From: Terrimicrobiaceae bacterium
GTDB taxonomy: Bacteria > Verrucomicrobiota > Verrucomicrobiia > Chthoniobacterales > Terrimicrobiaceae
Length of the DNA: 64,000 nt
Assembly: GCA_041752695.1 (NCBI GenBank)
Contig: JBGSVZ010000085.1
Span: 32,001 to 96,000 of the forward strand
Direction: 5' to 3'
In this document: one piece after another, positions 31,710 through 42,325 of the stretch
Layout: each line of letters opens with the position of its first letter
Numbering within the stretch: position 1 is the stretch's first letter
Position numbers and translations under genes: made by a program
Notes under the pieces: generated by a model
Seen by the model: the letters and a program-made list of their open reading frames with translations, nothing else
The model's database searches: none
What the model was told of the DNA's origin: nothing

Positions 31710-33020
31710 CTAATCGCTGGACTCCAATGGCCGGCGCGCCCATCCCCCCCAGATTTCCTCGGCACCGCGCGGAAAAAAATCCTCGTGCAGTTGAAGGAGC
31801 CCCTGCTGATGGAGGGCGCTTTGCAGGAAGCCCTTCGGCTCGGCCTCGCAAATCCACGCGCAGGCTTTTTTCACCCGCACACTGGGACTCGGTCCGGCAA
31901 ACGTTTTGAAAATTTCCCATCCCTTTTCGAGGGGCAGCGAGGGTAGGAGAGCATTGATTACGAGATCCCTTGCCCGCTCATCGCCGATGAGCGCGGCGGG
32001 CCGGGGCAGGCGTTCGCAGGCGAGGCTGTAATGGACATTCCAGTAGGAATGTTCGAGCGAACCGAGGAGGCGGATGAAGTCTGCCGGAGAGGGGGACTTG
32101 GCAAGACGGCGGAACGAGCCCGCCACGGCCGCCAGGGCTCCCATGCGGCGATGGGGATGGTTCGCGGGACGGAGCGCGGCGAACTTCCACGCGTCATCGG
32201 CCAGCACCAGACGGGCCTCCCCGTCTCGCATCGCCCACCAATCCTCCCACAAGGTCCGCAAATAGCCACGGGCCTCCTCGTCTCCGCGCGTAAAATCCTC
32301 CGCTTGCAAAAATCCGGACAACCCGAAAAGGAGAGCCTCCCCGTCCCGGGCCGCCGCACGCGAAAGCCCGGCCCGCTGCGCGACCAGGAGAAACGGGATC
32401 TTGTTGTTTTTGTAGCCCAGGCCGGTCGCCACGGCCTGAAACAGGGCTTCCTCGTGCCCGCATAAAAAACGGCTCCGCTGAAACCGCTCCGCCTTGCGCA
32501 AAAACCGAAACTCCGCCGCGGCCTCGATCAGGACTCTCGCGGAACTGTCGTCCAGCATACGCGCGGGCGTTGCCGGACCCGAAGGGCGCACTGCGGAAAC
32601 CTGCGCAAGACACACCTGGGTGACGGCGCGATTTTCCCGCGTCCGGGTGAAAAACCGGCGGGGTCCGCGGCGTTGGAACAGATGCAGCACGACGTTGTTG
32701 TAATTCTCATTGCGGGCGTGGCCGTGGTTCTCCCAATCGCGCACATCAGGATCGATCTCGATCTCGCCGGTTTTTTCCACCCCGTTGATGACAACTTTCG
32801 CGCCGCAAAAGTCCGGGCCGGGCTCGCGATTCCAGGACCCAAAATGCACCACCTCGACCACCTCGCCATCCTCGCCTCGCCAGGAAAGACCAAATTCCCC
32901 GCCGTAGATCTGCGCCTGCAGGGCCAGTTCGGAGAGGCGCGCTTCGCGGGGCGGAGTTTCGCACGCCGAGAGGGACGCGAAACTTTCCCGCAACTCCCGA
33001 TAGCGGTCCGCGGAGGTCAT
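31710..33020 (-). CDS. DUF2851 family protein
   Basis: GSWNREPGPDF; GEIEID...DWENHGH..NENYNNVVLH; LRPANHPHRR; INA.LP. Confidence 0.88.
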   Translation of the reverse strand: MTSADRYRELRESFASLSACETPPREARLSELALQAQIYGGEFGLSWRGEDGEVVEVVHFGSWNREPGPDFCGAKVVINGVEKTGEIEIDPDVRDWENHGHARNENYNNVVLHLFQRRGPRRFFTRTRENRAVTQVCLAQVSAVRPSGPATPARMLDDSSARVLIEAAAEFRFLRKAERFQRSRFLCGHEEALFQAVATGLGYKNNKIPFLLVAQRAGLSRAAARDGEALLFGLSGFLQAEDFTRGDEEARGYLRTLWEDWWAMRDGEARLVLADDAWKFAALRPANHPHRRMGALAAVAGSFRRLAKSPSPADFIRLLGSLEHSYWNVHYSLACERLPRPAALIGDERARDLVINALLPSLPLEKGWEIFKTFAGPSPSVRVKKACAWICEAEPKGFLQSALHQQGLLQLHEDFFPRGAEEIWGGWARRPLESSD

Positions 33021-34579
33021 TTTTTGGGCGTCGCCGCCGGGGTCGGAGGCGGGGGGAAAATGCGGAGCCCGATTTCGGCCAGCAGAGCCGCCTGCGCAGG
33101 GCCGGGCGAGCGACCTTTCTCGGCAAGCAGCAACGCGCCGGCGTCGTTCTTTTTCTTTTGCGCCTGGAGGATGCCCAGCTTTTCCAGCACCAGACGGAAA
33201 CGCACGAGCGGTTTGTTATTCATGGCGAGGGCCGCTTCGACGGAGGCCAGCGACGCACCAAGATCTCCAGCATCGGCCTGGGCCGCGCCGAGGGCTTCGA
33301 GAAACATGCTGTTGCCGGTTTCCTTTGCCGCCGCCGCCAGCTTGGGTCCCGCTGCAATCAGGTTGCCGTCGGTGGCCAAGACGATGTCGCGATACCGTTG
33401 CCAGCTCGATTTTGCCCCGCCCGGAGTGAACGAGCGCCAGGCGGCATAAGGTTTGTAGAGCGGGTCGCCGACGGAAACATTCATCCAGGAGAGTCCACGA
33501 AGCGCCCCATACGCGCTTTCCGCAAAGGTGAACCCTGTCATCAGGCGGTCCTGTAGCACGTCCAGGTTCGCGGTCAGGGCAAGGTAGGGCTCATAGACAT
33601 TGCCCACCGTTGCCGCCGCGCCGCGTTCCAACAGCGGCCCGACCCACCCCGCGGCGGGATTGCGCAGCGTGGCCGCGCTGAAGGAATGAATATGCACCGC
33701 CACCGCACCGGGCCGGAAGCGGAAGGAAGGGTCGGCAAACGGTCCGTTGATGGTGTCGGCATACCACCCGTAATAGATGGCCGCATCGGTCACCGGATAA
33801 CCCGGCGGCAGGGTTTCCGGGGCCTTGTCCCAGAGCACCGGCAGGCCCTTTTCCCGCATCTGTGTGGCGGCGGAGGAAAGCCATTTGTCCCCCTCCGCAT
33901 ACCCTCCAGTCGTGATGCCGCGCGAATCCACATACGACCAGCCCCACAGCCCGTCCCGCTCGGCGGAGATGGCGCTGTCGATCATCGCCCGCACCGTGAT
34001 CTCCGTGGGTGCATCGAGACGGCAAACCAAAAGCAGGCCCGCATCCATGCTCGCGTCGAGGATGGGGGTGAACCGGCGGTAGTAGGGATTGGTCAATACT
34101 CCCGGCGCTGTAATCGTGCCCAGCCCGAGGCAGGCGAGTTCGCTGTCCACCGAAGCTTCGTCGCGTTTTCCGATCTCGGGCGGTTGGTCGGTGCGGGGCA
34201 CCACCGTGGCACCGTCCGACCGGACCTTCAATGGGACGCCGCGAATGAGGGCGACAAAACGCACCTTGGTCTGCACCACGCGGCCGCCTGTCATGGTCCA
34301 CCAACCATTGCGCACGAAGGCGTTCCTCACCGGATCGGCAATGGCGGAACGAAACTCGGCGCGGCTGATTTCTTCAGTGAGCGGGGCATTGATGCCGAGC
34401 AACTGGCTCTCGGGAATCTCGCGACGCTGGGCGTAATATTTCGCCAGAGCCACTGAAGTGGGGTCCGCCGTGTTGTAGATCACGACGGTGGATTTGGCCT
34501 CGGGAACGGCGGCTTGCGCCGTAGCGCACACGCCAACAACGGCCAGCAGAAAGATGCTAAATTTCAAAACGGAGACCAT
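33017..34579 (-). CDS. TIGR03790 family protein
   Basis: VVIYN..DPTSVALAKYYAQRREIP; ASVDSELA; YYGWY; GAVAVHIHSFSA; GNVYEPYL; GDPLYKPY. Confidence 0.88.
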   Translation of the reverse strand: MVSVLKFSIFLLAVVGVCATAQAAVPEAKSTVVIYNTADPTSVALAKYYAQRREIPESQLLGINAPLTEEISRAEFRSAIADPVRNAFVRNGWWTMTGGRVVQTKVRFVALIRGVPLKVRSDGATVVPRTDQPPEIGKRDEASVDSELACLGLGTITAPGVLTNPYYRRFTPILDASMDAGLLLVCRLDAPTEITVRAMIDSAISAERDGLWGWSYVDSRGITTGGYAEGDKWLSSAATQMREKGLPVLWDKAPETLPPGYPVTDAAIYYGWYADTINGPFADPSFRFRPGAVAVHIHSFSAATLRNPAAGWVGPLLERGAAATVGNVYEPYLALTANLDVLQDRLMTGFTFAESAYGALRGLSWMNVSVGDPLYKPYAAWRSFTPGGAKSSWQRYRDIVLATDGNLIAAGPKLAAAAKETGNSMFLEALGAAQADAGDLGASLASVEAALAMNNKPLVRFRLVLEKLGILQAQKKKNDAGALLLAEKGRSPGPAQAALLAEIGLRIFPPPPTPAATPKK

Positions 34580-35339
34580 CGTACGCCAATTTCACGTGGG
34601 GAGGAAGTGCGCTTTCGGTCTCTTCGTGCCCGAGGTCGTGGCACATGTGGGTGAAATACACCTGACGCGCGCCGATTTTCTCCGCCGCTTCCAGGGCCTG
34701 ACTGACACACATGTGCGTCTTGTGCGGGGCCCGGCGCAGGGCATCGAGGACCAGGGTATCGACTCCGCGCGCGGCTTCCACGGCCTCGTCCGTCACCTCG
34801 GCGCAGTCCGTGAAATACGCCAGCCGCCTGTTCCCGCCCCGTAGGAAAATCAAGCCATTCGTCACCATGCGCCCATGCGGCAGATTCACCGGAACGACCT
34901 CCGTTTTCCCCAGCCAAAAAGGACCGGAGAAAATCCTGGCCTCGGGCCGGATGTAGTTGCGGAAGGCAAACTCGTTGCCAAAAGCATATTGAAAAACCCG
35001 CTCCAAATCACCCATCGTTCGTTCCGACGCATAGATGGGCATCACCTTGTCCCCCATCTCGCAAAACCTCCGCAAATCATCAAATCCCAGAATATGGTCC
35101 GTGTGCGAATGGGTATAAACGACCGCGTCGATCTGCGTCGTCGCCTCGCGCAGGCATTGGGTGCGAAAATCCGGCGGCGTGTCCACCTGAATGACCATTT
35201 CGGGAGTCCGCACCTGGATCGCCGCGCGCAGGCGTTTGTCCCGCGGGTCAGCCGAGGTGCAGACCCGGCACTGACATCCAATCATCGGTACCCCATGAGA
35301 TGTGCCTGTGCCAAAAAACGTGATTTCCAACTCCCGCAT
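34557..35339 (-). CDS. MBL-fold metallo-hydrolase (PhnP-like)
   Basis: GTGTSHGVPMIGCQCRVC; THSHTDH; THMCH; LAYDGL. Confidence 0.9.
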   Translation of the reverse strand: MRELEITFFGTGTSHGVPMIGCQCRVCTSADPRDKRLRAAIQVRTPEMVIQVDTPPDFRTQCLREATTQIDAVVYTHSHTDHILGFDDLRRFCEMGDKVMPIYASERTMGDLERVFQYAFGNEFAFRNYIRPEARIFSGPFWLGKTEVVPVNLPHGRMVTNGLIFLRGGNRRLAYFTDCAEVTDEAVEAARGVDTLVLDALRRAPHKTHMCVSQALEAAEKIGARQVYFTHMCHDLGHEETESALPPHVKLAYDGLRFEI

Positions 35340-35367
35340 TGCGGGGAGTTCATGCCATAGTCTGCCG

Positions 35368-37032
35368 ATGTCCGCAACGCTCGCCTCCCTGCGCATTCGC
35401 AATCTCGCCCTTGTCGAGGATGTGTTGTGGGAACCCCGCCCGGGTTTCACGGCCATCACCGGCGAAACCGGTGCGGGAAAATCCGTCATCCTCGGCGCTC
35501 TCACCCTTCTTCTCGGGGAACGCGCCGACAAGTCCCTCATCCGCACCGGCGCCGACACCTGCACCGTCGAGGCCGTTTTTGATCAGGCCTCCGACAAGCC
35601 CCTTGCTGCCCTCATCGAGGAACACGGGGCCGAACCCTGTGAAGACGGACGCCTCCTCGTCAAACGCACCCTGCCCTCGGAAGGAGCGGGCCGCCAGTTT
35701 GTCAACGGTTCCCCCTGCACCCTCGCCCTCCTCCGCGCCCTCGGCGAGCGCCTGGTCGACCTCCACGGCCCCCACGACCACCAGAGTCTTTTTTCGCGCG
35801 AACACCAGACCCGTCTCCTCGACCGCTTTGCCGCCAGCGACGAGATCCGCGCGGAATTCGCCGAATCCCGCCGCGCCCTCCTCCGCCTCCAGGAGGAAAA
35901 AAATTCCATCCTCACCGGCGCGCAAGCCATCGCCCGGGAACTCGACCTTCTCACGCACCAAACCGCCGAGATCGACTCCGCCGCCCTCCTGCCCGGCGAG
36001 GAGGAAACGCTCCTTGCCCGTCAGAGCGCCGCCGCCAACTCCCACCGCATCACCGAACTCTGCGCCAAACTCGCCGCCGGGACCTCCGACGACGAAGACT
36101 CCCTCACCTCCCGCCTCGGCGACCTCTCGCGCCTCACCCGCGAATTGACCCGCCTCGACCCCTCGGCGGAACCACTCTCCGCCTCCTGTGAAGCCGCTTT
36201 CGCCGCCGCCGACGACCTCGCCCGCGCAGTCGCCCACTATTCGGCCGCGCAGGAATCCGGGCCCGTCAATCTCTCCGAGATCGAGTCCCGCCTCGACACT
36301 CTGCAGACCCTCAAACGCAAATACGGCCCCACCGTGGACGCCGTCCTCGCCTTCCACGCCGAGGCCGCCGAAAAACTCGCCGTCCTCCGCGCCCGCACCG
36401 AAAGGCGCGATACGCTCGACGCCGACATCACCGCCGCTGAAAAAACTCTCCGCGCCGTCGGCAAAAAACTCACCACCGCCCGCACCGCCGCGGCGAAAAA
36501 ACTCGCCGAAAAAGTGCGCACCGGCCTGAAGGACCTCGGCTTCGCCAAATCCGAATTCTCCATTTCGCTCGAACCCCAGGAATCCCCCGTCTCGCACGGC
36601 TACGAGACCGCGGAGTTTCAGTTTTCCCCCAACCCCGGCGAACCCGCCCGACCGCTCCGCGCCATCGCCTCCAGCGGCGAAATATCCCGCGTGATGCTCG
36701 CCCTCAAATCCGCCCTCGCCGACCAGGACGACGTGCCCGTCCTGATCTTCGACGAGATCGACGCCAACGTCGGCGGAGAGATCGCCGCCAAGGTGGGCCA
36801 GAAAATGCGCGCCCTCGGACGCAGCAGGCAGGTCCTCTGCATCACCCACCTGCCCCAGGTCGCGGCCGCCGCCGCCTGCCAGTTTGTGGTCAGCAAGCAG
36901 GTGAAAGACAACCGCACCCGCACCCAGCTCGACGAAACCACCGGCGAGTCCCGCGAAGAAGAAATCGCCCGCATGCTCGGCGGCAAAACCGACTCCGCCC
37001 TCGCCCACGCCCGCGTGCTGTTGAAGAACTGA
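35368..37032 (+). CDS. recN: DNA repair protein RecN
   Basis: TGETGAGKS; IASSGEISRVMLA; LIFDEIDANVGG; CITHLPQVA. Confidence 0.96.
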   Translation: MSATLASLRIRNLALVEDVLWEPRPGFTAITGETGAGKSVILGALTLLLGERADKSLIRTGADTCTVEAVFDQASDKPLAALIEEHGAEPCEDGRLLVKRTLPSEGAGRQFVNGSPCTLALLRALGERLVDLHGPHDHQSLFSREHQTRLLDRFAASDEIRAEFAESRRALLRLQEEKNSILTGAQAIARELDLLTHQTAEIDSAALLPGEEETLLARQSAAANSHRITELCAKLAAGTSDDEDSLTSRLGDLSRLTRELTRLDPSAEPLSASCEAAFAAADDLARAVAHYSAAQESGPVNLSEIESRLDTLQTLKRKYGPTVDAVLAFHAEAAEKLAVLRARTERRDTLDADITAAEKTLRAVGKKLTTARTAAAKKLAEKVRTGLKDLGFAKSEFSISLEPQESPVSHGYETAEFQFSPNPGEPARPLRAIASSGEISRVMLALKSALADQDDVPVLIFDEIDANVGGEIAAKVGQKMRALGRSRQVLCITHLPQVAAAAACQFVVSKQVKDNRTRTQLDETTGESREEEIARMLGGKTDSALAHARVLLKN

Positions 37033-37119
37033 AGACACGCATTGCACGAATTTGCACGAACAGGAAGCGGCGCATTTGCTCCCTCCTAAAATTCGTGCCA
37101 ATTCGTGAAATTCGTGTCT
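37033..37119. repeat. Miniature inverted-repeat element with 9-10-bp-periodic CACGAA arms (family B)
   Basis: AGACACGCATTGCACGAATTTGCACGAA (37033-37060) versus the reverse complement of 37092-37119, 25/28 match. Confidence 0.85.
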
Positions 37120-37130
37120 CTATCTCCCCT

Positions 37131-38141
37131 ATGTCTCACGTCCCAGCTTCGTCCCGCTACGAAACCATGCCTTATCGCCGCTGCGGCAAAAGCGGGCTCA
37201 AACTTCCCGTCCTGTCTCTCGGGCTCTGGCACAACTTCGGCGGGGTCGACAACGCGGATACTGCGCGGGCCATGATCCTGCGCGCTTTCGACCTTGGGAT
37301 CACCCATTTTGACCTCGCCAACAACTACGGCCCGCCGGCCGGCAGCGCCGAGATCACGTTCGGGAAAGTCCTGCGCGAAAACCTGGCCGCCTACCGCGAC
37401 GAACTTCTCGTTTCCACCAAAGCCGGCTACCACATGTGGAACGGACCCTACGGCGAATGGGGCTCCCGCAAATCCCTCCTCGCCAGCCTCGACCAGAGCC
37501 TCACCCGGATGGGCCTCGACTACGTGGATATTTTTTACAGTCATCGTTTTGACCCCGAGACCCCCCTCGAAGAAACCATGGGCGCCCTCGCCCACGCCGT
37601 GAAGTCCGGCAAGGCGCTCTACGCCGGCATCTCGTCCTACAAACCCGACGCCACCCGTGAAGCCGCCCGCATCCTCCGCGAAATGGGCGTGCCACTCCTC
37701 ATCCACCAGCCCGCCTACCACATGTTCGACCGCTGGGTGGAAACCGAAAATCTCACCGGTGCCCTCGAAGAAACCGGCGCCGGCGCCATCGCCTTCTGTC
37801 CGCTCGCCCAAGGCCTGCTCACCAGCCGCTACCTCCACGATATCCCCGCCGACTCCCGCGCCTCCAAGGAACATGGCTTCCTAAAAAAAGACGCCATCAC
37901 CCCGGAGAAGGTCGGCAAGATCCGCGCCCTCGACGCCCTCGCCCAGTCCCTCGCCCAGTCCCGCGGCCAATCCCTCGCCCAGATGGCCATCGCCTGGGTC
38001 CTGCGCCTTCCCACCATGACCTCCGCCCTCATCGGGGCCAGCAAGGTCAGCCAGATCGAGGAAAACGTGAAAGCCGTGGAAAATCTGGACTTCACCCCCG
38101 CGGATTTGGCGGAAATTGAGACCATCCTGAGGTCGGTTTAG
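37131..38141 (+). CDS. Aldo/keto reductase, L-glyceraldehyde 3-phosphate reductase-like (YghZ/MgrA)
   Basis: YRRCGKSGLKLPVLSLGLWHNFG; HFDLANNYGPP; STKAGY; DIFYSHR. Confidence 0.92.
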   Translation: MSHVPASSRYETMPYRRCGKSGLKLPVLSLGLWHNFGGVDNADTARAMILRAFDLGITHFDLANNYGPPAGSAEITFGKVLRENLAAYRDELLVSTKAGYHMWNGPYGEWGSRKSLLASLDQSLTRMGLDYVDIFYSHRFDPETPLEETMGALAHAVKSGKALYAGISSYKPDATREAARILREMGVPLLIHQPAYHMFDRWVETENLTGALEETGAGAIAFCPLAQGLLTSRYLHDIPADSRASKEHGFLKKDAITPEKVGKIRALDALAQSLAQSRGQSLAQMAIAWVLRLPTMTSALIGASKVSQIEENVKAVENLDFTPADLAEIETILRSV

Positions 38142-38147
38142 GAAGTT

Positions 38148-38216
38148 TTTAACAGAAGCAAACAAAGAGAACGAAGAACCCTTGCGCCTTCGTTTCCTTT
38201 GTTACCTTCTGTAAAA
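38148..38216. repeat. Family A miniature inverted repeat (second copy)
   Basis: TTTAACAGAAGCAAACAAAGAGAACGAAG ... CTTCGTTTCCTTTGTTACCTTCTGTAAAA. Confidence 0.85.
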
Positions 38217-38224
38217 TTCCCATC

Positions 38225-39256
38225 ATGAGACTTCTCCTTTTTTTCGTAATCCTTGCCGTGGCTCATTCCGCCCCGGCCCAAAAAACGCCGCCCGCCGCCA
38301 AGGTGGCGAAGATGGAGGCCTTTCCGCCGGATTCCGAAGAACGCAAGGAAATGACCCGCGTGCAGATCCTCCTTGATCAGGCGAATTTTCGCCCGGGCAA
38401 AATCGACGGCCTCGGCGGCGAGTTCACCCAGAAAGTCGCCGACCGTTACGCCGCCGCCAATGGGCTCCCTCCCGGGGCGCGCCTCGATACCAGTGCCATG
38501 GGCGAGGCTTATACGACCTACACCGTTACCGAGGACGACAAACGCTGGGTCGGCCCGCTCGCCTCCACCCCGCCCGCACAGGCCAAACTCAAACGCATGC
38601 CGTACGCCGACCTCTGGGAGTTGGTCGCCGAGATGTTTCACTGCGACCTGACCTTTCTCAAGGAGCTGAACACAGGCATTACCGAGCTTACTCCGGGCAC
38701 CGTCCTCCGCGTGCCCAATGTCGCACCGTTTCGCATGGCCGACGTCGAGGCTTTGCAAAAAAAGCGCACCGAGGAAGCCCTCGCCCGCAAAGCCGCCGCC
38801 GCCAACCCCGAGGCCACGCCCTCACCCACTCCGACACCAACGCCTCCCGCTTTCCGCCTCGTCCTCCTTCGCGAGCCGCGGATCATCGAAGTTTATGATG
38901 CGGAGAACAAGATGGTGGCCTGTTTCCCCTGCACGCCCGGCTCCAGCACCATCCCCGTGCCTGAAGGCACATGGAAAGTGATGAACAACATCCTCATGCC
39001 GACGTTCCGCTACGACAAATCCGTCCTGAAAAGCGGCGTCCCCAGCGATGAAGCCTACGAGATCCCGGCCGGACCGAACAACTACGTCGGCATCGTCTGG
39101 ATGGGTATCAATCGCCGCAGCGTCGGCATGCACGGCACCAACAGCCCGGACCAGATCGGACGCAATCAATCCAGCGGGTGTATTCGGCTGGCGAACTGGG
39201 ATGCGTTTGTGCTTTGCCAGATGGCCGTGAAGGGGACGGCTCTGGAAGTGCGGTAG
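38225..39256 (+). CDS. L,D-transpeptidase (YkuD family) with peptidoglycan-binding/LysM-like N-terminal region
   Basis: QILLDQANFRPGKIDG; GPNNYVG; GMHGT...SSGCIRL. Confidence 0.9.
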   Translation: MRLLLFFVILAVAHSAPAQKTPPAAKVAKMEAFPPDSEERKEMTRVQILLDQANFRPGKIDGLGGEFTQKVADRYAAANGLPPGARLDTSAMGEAYTTYTVTEDDKRWVGPLASTPPAQAKLKRMPYADLWELVAEMFHCDLTFLKELNTGITELTPGTVLRVPNVAPFRMADVEALQKKRTEEALARKAAAANPEATPSPTPTPTPPAFRLVLLREPRIIEVYDAENKMVACFPCTPGSSTIPVPEGTWKVMNNILMPTFRYDKSVLKSGVPSDEAYEIPAGPNNYVGIVWMGINRRSVGMHGTNSPDQIGRNQSSGCIRLANWDAFVLCQMAVKGTALEVR

Positions 39257-39259
39257 GAT

Positions 39260-39288
39260 TTTTACAGGAGGTAACGGAGGAAACGGAG
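39260..39288 (+). repeat. Family A solo arm
   Basis: TTTTACAGGAGGTAACGGAGGAAACGGAG. Confidence 0.7.
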
Positions 39289-39396
39289 ATTTTCCTTCTG
39301 CGGCAAGGCAACACACCGTTGCCGCTGGCGTCTTGACGACATGCACCACTTGGCGGACGAGAAAGAACCGGGACGGTTTGAAGAGCCTCTCCCTTG

Positions 39397-39490
39397 ATCC
39401 GCGCCCATCCGTCCTATTTGATTCGCTTTGCTCACCCTTGCAGGGCTGCCTTCGGCAGTCTGTCTCGCTTCGCTCGGCTGCGGTCAAATT
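39397..39490 (-). repeat. Nested repeat: a 34-bp family C arm split by a 60-bp element (39418-39477)
   Basis: Joining 39397-39417 to 39478-39490 gives a sequence whose reverse complement matches 49534-49567 at 28/34 positions without gaps. Confidence 0.75.
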
Positions 39491-39508
39491 CTTCTGAATT
39501 CTTCCGGC

Positions 39509-42325
39509 TCAGGAAGACAACTCCTCCATCGGCGGACACGAGCAGAAGATGTTCCGGTCGCCGTACACATTGTCAACACGGGCCACGGCGGGCCAGAACT
39601 TGTGCTCGCGCAGCCACGGAGCGGGATAAGCAGCCTGCTCGCGGGAATAGGCACGGTTCCAGCCATCGGCGATGACCGCTCCGGCGGTGTGCGGAGCTTT
39701 TTTCAGCGGGTTATCAGCGCGGTCGAGTTCGCCGCGTTCGATGGCGCAGAGCTCGCCGTGGATGGCGATCATGGCGTCACAGAACCGGTCGAGTTCGGCC
39801 TTCGATTCGCTCTCGGTTGGTTCGACCATGAGCGTTCCCGGCACGGGCCAGCTCATGGTGGGGGAATGAAATCCGTAATCCATCAGGCGCTTGGCCACGT
39901 CTTCGACTTCGACGCCGGCACGCTGTTTCCATTCGCGGAGGTCGAGGATGCATTCGTGGGCGACGCGGTTGTTGCGGCCTTTGTAGAGCACGGGGTAAAA
40001 GGGCAACAGACGGGCGGCAATGTAGTTCGCGTTGAGGATGGCGGCCTTGGTCGCTTCGGTGAGACCGTCCGGTCCCATCATCGCGATATACATCCACGAG
40101 ATGACGAGGATGCTCGAACTGCCCCAGGGGGCTTGGGAGACTTCGCCTACCGTTTCGCGTCCGCCAAGGGGCACGACGGAGTGTCCGGGCAGAAAGGGCG
40201 CCAAATGAGCCGCCACGCCGATGGGTCCCACACCGGGTCCGCCACCACCGTGCGGGATGCAGAACGTTTTGTGCAGATTGAGGTGGCAGACGTCCGCCCC
40301 AATGTGGCCCGGGCTGCAGAGTCCGACCTGCGCGTTCATATTCGCGCCGTCCATATACACCTGACCACCGGCCGCGTGAACCTTCTCGCACACTTCGCGG
40401 ATGGTTTCCTCGAACACGCCGTGCGTCGAGGGGTAGGTCACCATGAGGGCAGAAAGCCCGGCACGGTTCGCTTCGATTTTTTTATCGAGATCCGCGAGGT
40501 CGATATTGCCGTCGGCATCGCAGGCGACCGGAACAACCTTCATTCCCGCCATGACCGCACTGGCGGGATTTGTGCCATGCGCGGACGTAGGGATGAGGCA
40601 GATGTCGCGGGCAAAATCTTCGCGCGAACGGTGGTACGCGCGAACGGCCAGGAGACCGGCGTATTCGCCTTGCGAGCCCGCGTTGGGCTGGAGCGAAACC
40701 GCGGCGAATCCGGTGATTTCGGCCAGCCAGGCTTCGAGTTGCGTGAAAAGTTCCTGATACCCGCGCGACTGTCCGAGCGGCACGAAAGGATGCAGGCCAC
40801 CCACTTTGTCCCAAGTCACCGGCAGCATCTCAGCCGAGGCGTTGAGTTTCATCGTGCAGGACCCCAGCGGGATCATCGAGGTGGTGAGCGAAAGGTCCTT
40901 CGCTTCCAGACGCCGGATGTAACGCAGCAGTTCGGTTTCGGTATGGTACCGATGAAAGACGGGATGCTGGAGGAAAGCGGACTCCCGTTTGAGAGAGGCG
41001 GGAAGGACTTCCGCCGGTTCGCCTCGGAAATCTTCGCCTTCGAGATCAAAGACCGGGAAAAGCGGCGCGAGGTCGGTGGTGGTTTCGTCCAGCGACAACC
41101 CGACGGCATGTCCGTCGAGCTTGCGCAAGTTGACGCCATTCTCATTCGCCCAGCGCACGAGAGCATCGGACTCATCCTCGCCGAGCCAGATCCGGAGGGT
41201 GTCGAAATACGGACCGCGATGCACCGCCCAGCCGCGTTCCTTGAGGGCGGCGGCGAGCCGGCGGGTTTTTTCGTGGATGCCAAGGGCGATGGCCTTGAGT
41301 CCCTCGGGTCCGTGATACACCGCATACATCGAGGCGATGACCGCCAGAAGCACCTGCGCGGTGCAGATGTTGCTGGTCGCTTTCTCGCGGCGGATGTGCT
41401 GCTCGCGAGTCTGCAAAGTGAGACGCAGGGCGGGTTTGCCCTCGGCATCGCGGGACACCCCCACGAGGCGTCCGGGGAGGCGGCGTTTGTGTTCGTCGCG
41501 CGTGGCCAGGAAGGCGGCGTGCGGGCCACCGTATCCGAGCGGCACGCCAAATCGCTGAGTGGAGCCCACCACGATGTCGGCTCCGCATTCGCCCGGGGGT
41601 TTGATCAACGTCAGCGCCAGCAAATCGACGGCGACCACGGCAAGCGCTCCCGCGGCATGGATGCGCTCGATGATGGGAGGCAGGTCGGCGATCACCCCGT
41701 CGGTCGCGGGATATTGCACCAGAACGCCAAAAACCGGCTCGGCGGCGAGGTCGTCGAGGGAACCGACGAGAATCCGGATGCCGAGCGGCTCAGCGCGCGT
41801 GCGGAGCAGTTCAATCGTCTGCGGATGACAGTCCTCGGCCACAAAAAAAGCATCCCCGCCCTTGACCTCGCGCGCCATGGCCATGGCTTCAGCAGCGGCG
41901 GTCGACTCATCCAGCAAGGAGGCGTTGGAGATTTCCATCCCCGTGAGGTCGCAGACCATGGTCTGGAAATTCAGCAGCGCCTCCATGCGCCCTTGCGCGA
42001 TCTCGGCCTGATAGGGCGTGTAGGCGGTGTACCAGCCGGGGTTTTCCAGGATATTGCGCCGGATCACCGCGGGAGTGTGGCAGTTGGAATACCCCATACC
42101 GAGGAAGGTGTGGTGCAATTCATTGCGGTCCATCATCACCCGCAGATCCGCAAGCGCGGCTTCTTCCGTGCGGGCGGCGGGGAGGTTCAGCCCTTGGGAA
42201 AGCCGGATGGCGGCCGGAACGGTCTGCTCGATCAGCGTGTCGAGCGAGTCGGTCCCGATGGTGCCCAGCATGGCGGAAACTTCCGCCGCAGAGGGTCCGA
42301 TATGACGGCGCGCGAAGGAACTCAT
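39509..42325 (-). CDS. gcvP: Glycine dehydrogenase (glycine cleavage P protein)
   Basis: [42 protein letters not shown]. Confidence 0.98.
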   Translation of the reverse strand: MSSFARRHIGPSAAEVSAMLGTIGTDSLDTLIEQTVPAAIRLSQGLNLPAARTEEAALADLRVMMDRNELHHTFLGMGYSNCHTPAVIRRNILENPGWYTAYTPYQAEIAQGRMEALLNFQTMVCDLTGMEISNASLLDESTAAAEAMAMAREVKGGDAFFVAEDCHPQTIELLRTRAEPLGIRILVGSLDDLAAEPVFGVLVQYPATDGVIADLPPIIERIHAAGALAVVAVDLLALTLIKPPGECGADIVVGSTQRFGVPLGYGGPHAAFLATRDEHKRRLPGRLVGVSRDAEGKPALRLTLQTREQHIRREKATSNICTAQVLLAVIASMYAVYHGPEGLKAIALGIHEKTRRLAAALKERGWAVHRGPYFDTLRIWLGEDESDALVRWANENGVNLRKLDGHAVGLSLDETTTDLAPLFPVFDLEGEDFRGEPAEVLPASLKRESAFLQHPVFHRYHTETELLRYIRRLEAKDLSLTTSMIPLGSCTMKLNASAEMLPVTWDKVGGLHPFVPLGQSRGYQELFTQLEAWLAEITGFAAVSLQPNAGSQGEYAGLLAVRAYHRSREDFARDICLIPTSAHGTNPASAVMAGMKVVPVACDADGNIDLADLDKKIEANRAGLSALMVTYPSTHGVFEETIREVCEKVHAAGGQVYMDGANMNAQVGLCSPGHIGADVCHLNLHKTFCIPHGGGGPGVGPIGVAAHLAPFLPGHSVVPLGGRETVGEVSQAPWGSSSILVISWMYIAMMGPDGLTEATKAAILNANYIAARLLPFYPVLYKGRNNRVAHECILDLREWKQRAGVEVEDVAKRLMDYGFHSPTMSWPVPGTLMVEPTESESKAELDRFCDAMIAIHGELCAIERGELDRADNPLKKAPHTAGAVIADGWNRAYSREQAAYPAPWLREHKFWPAVARVDNVYGDRNIFCSCPPMEELSS

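Noticed and set aside
37033..39490. Clustered short repeats as a possible CRISPR array
   Set aside because: They are inverted pairs in separate intergenic gaps, not direct repeats with regular unique spacers. No cas genes are present.
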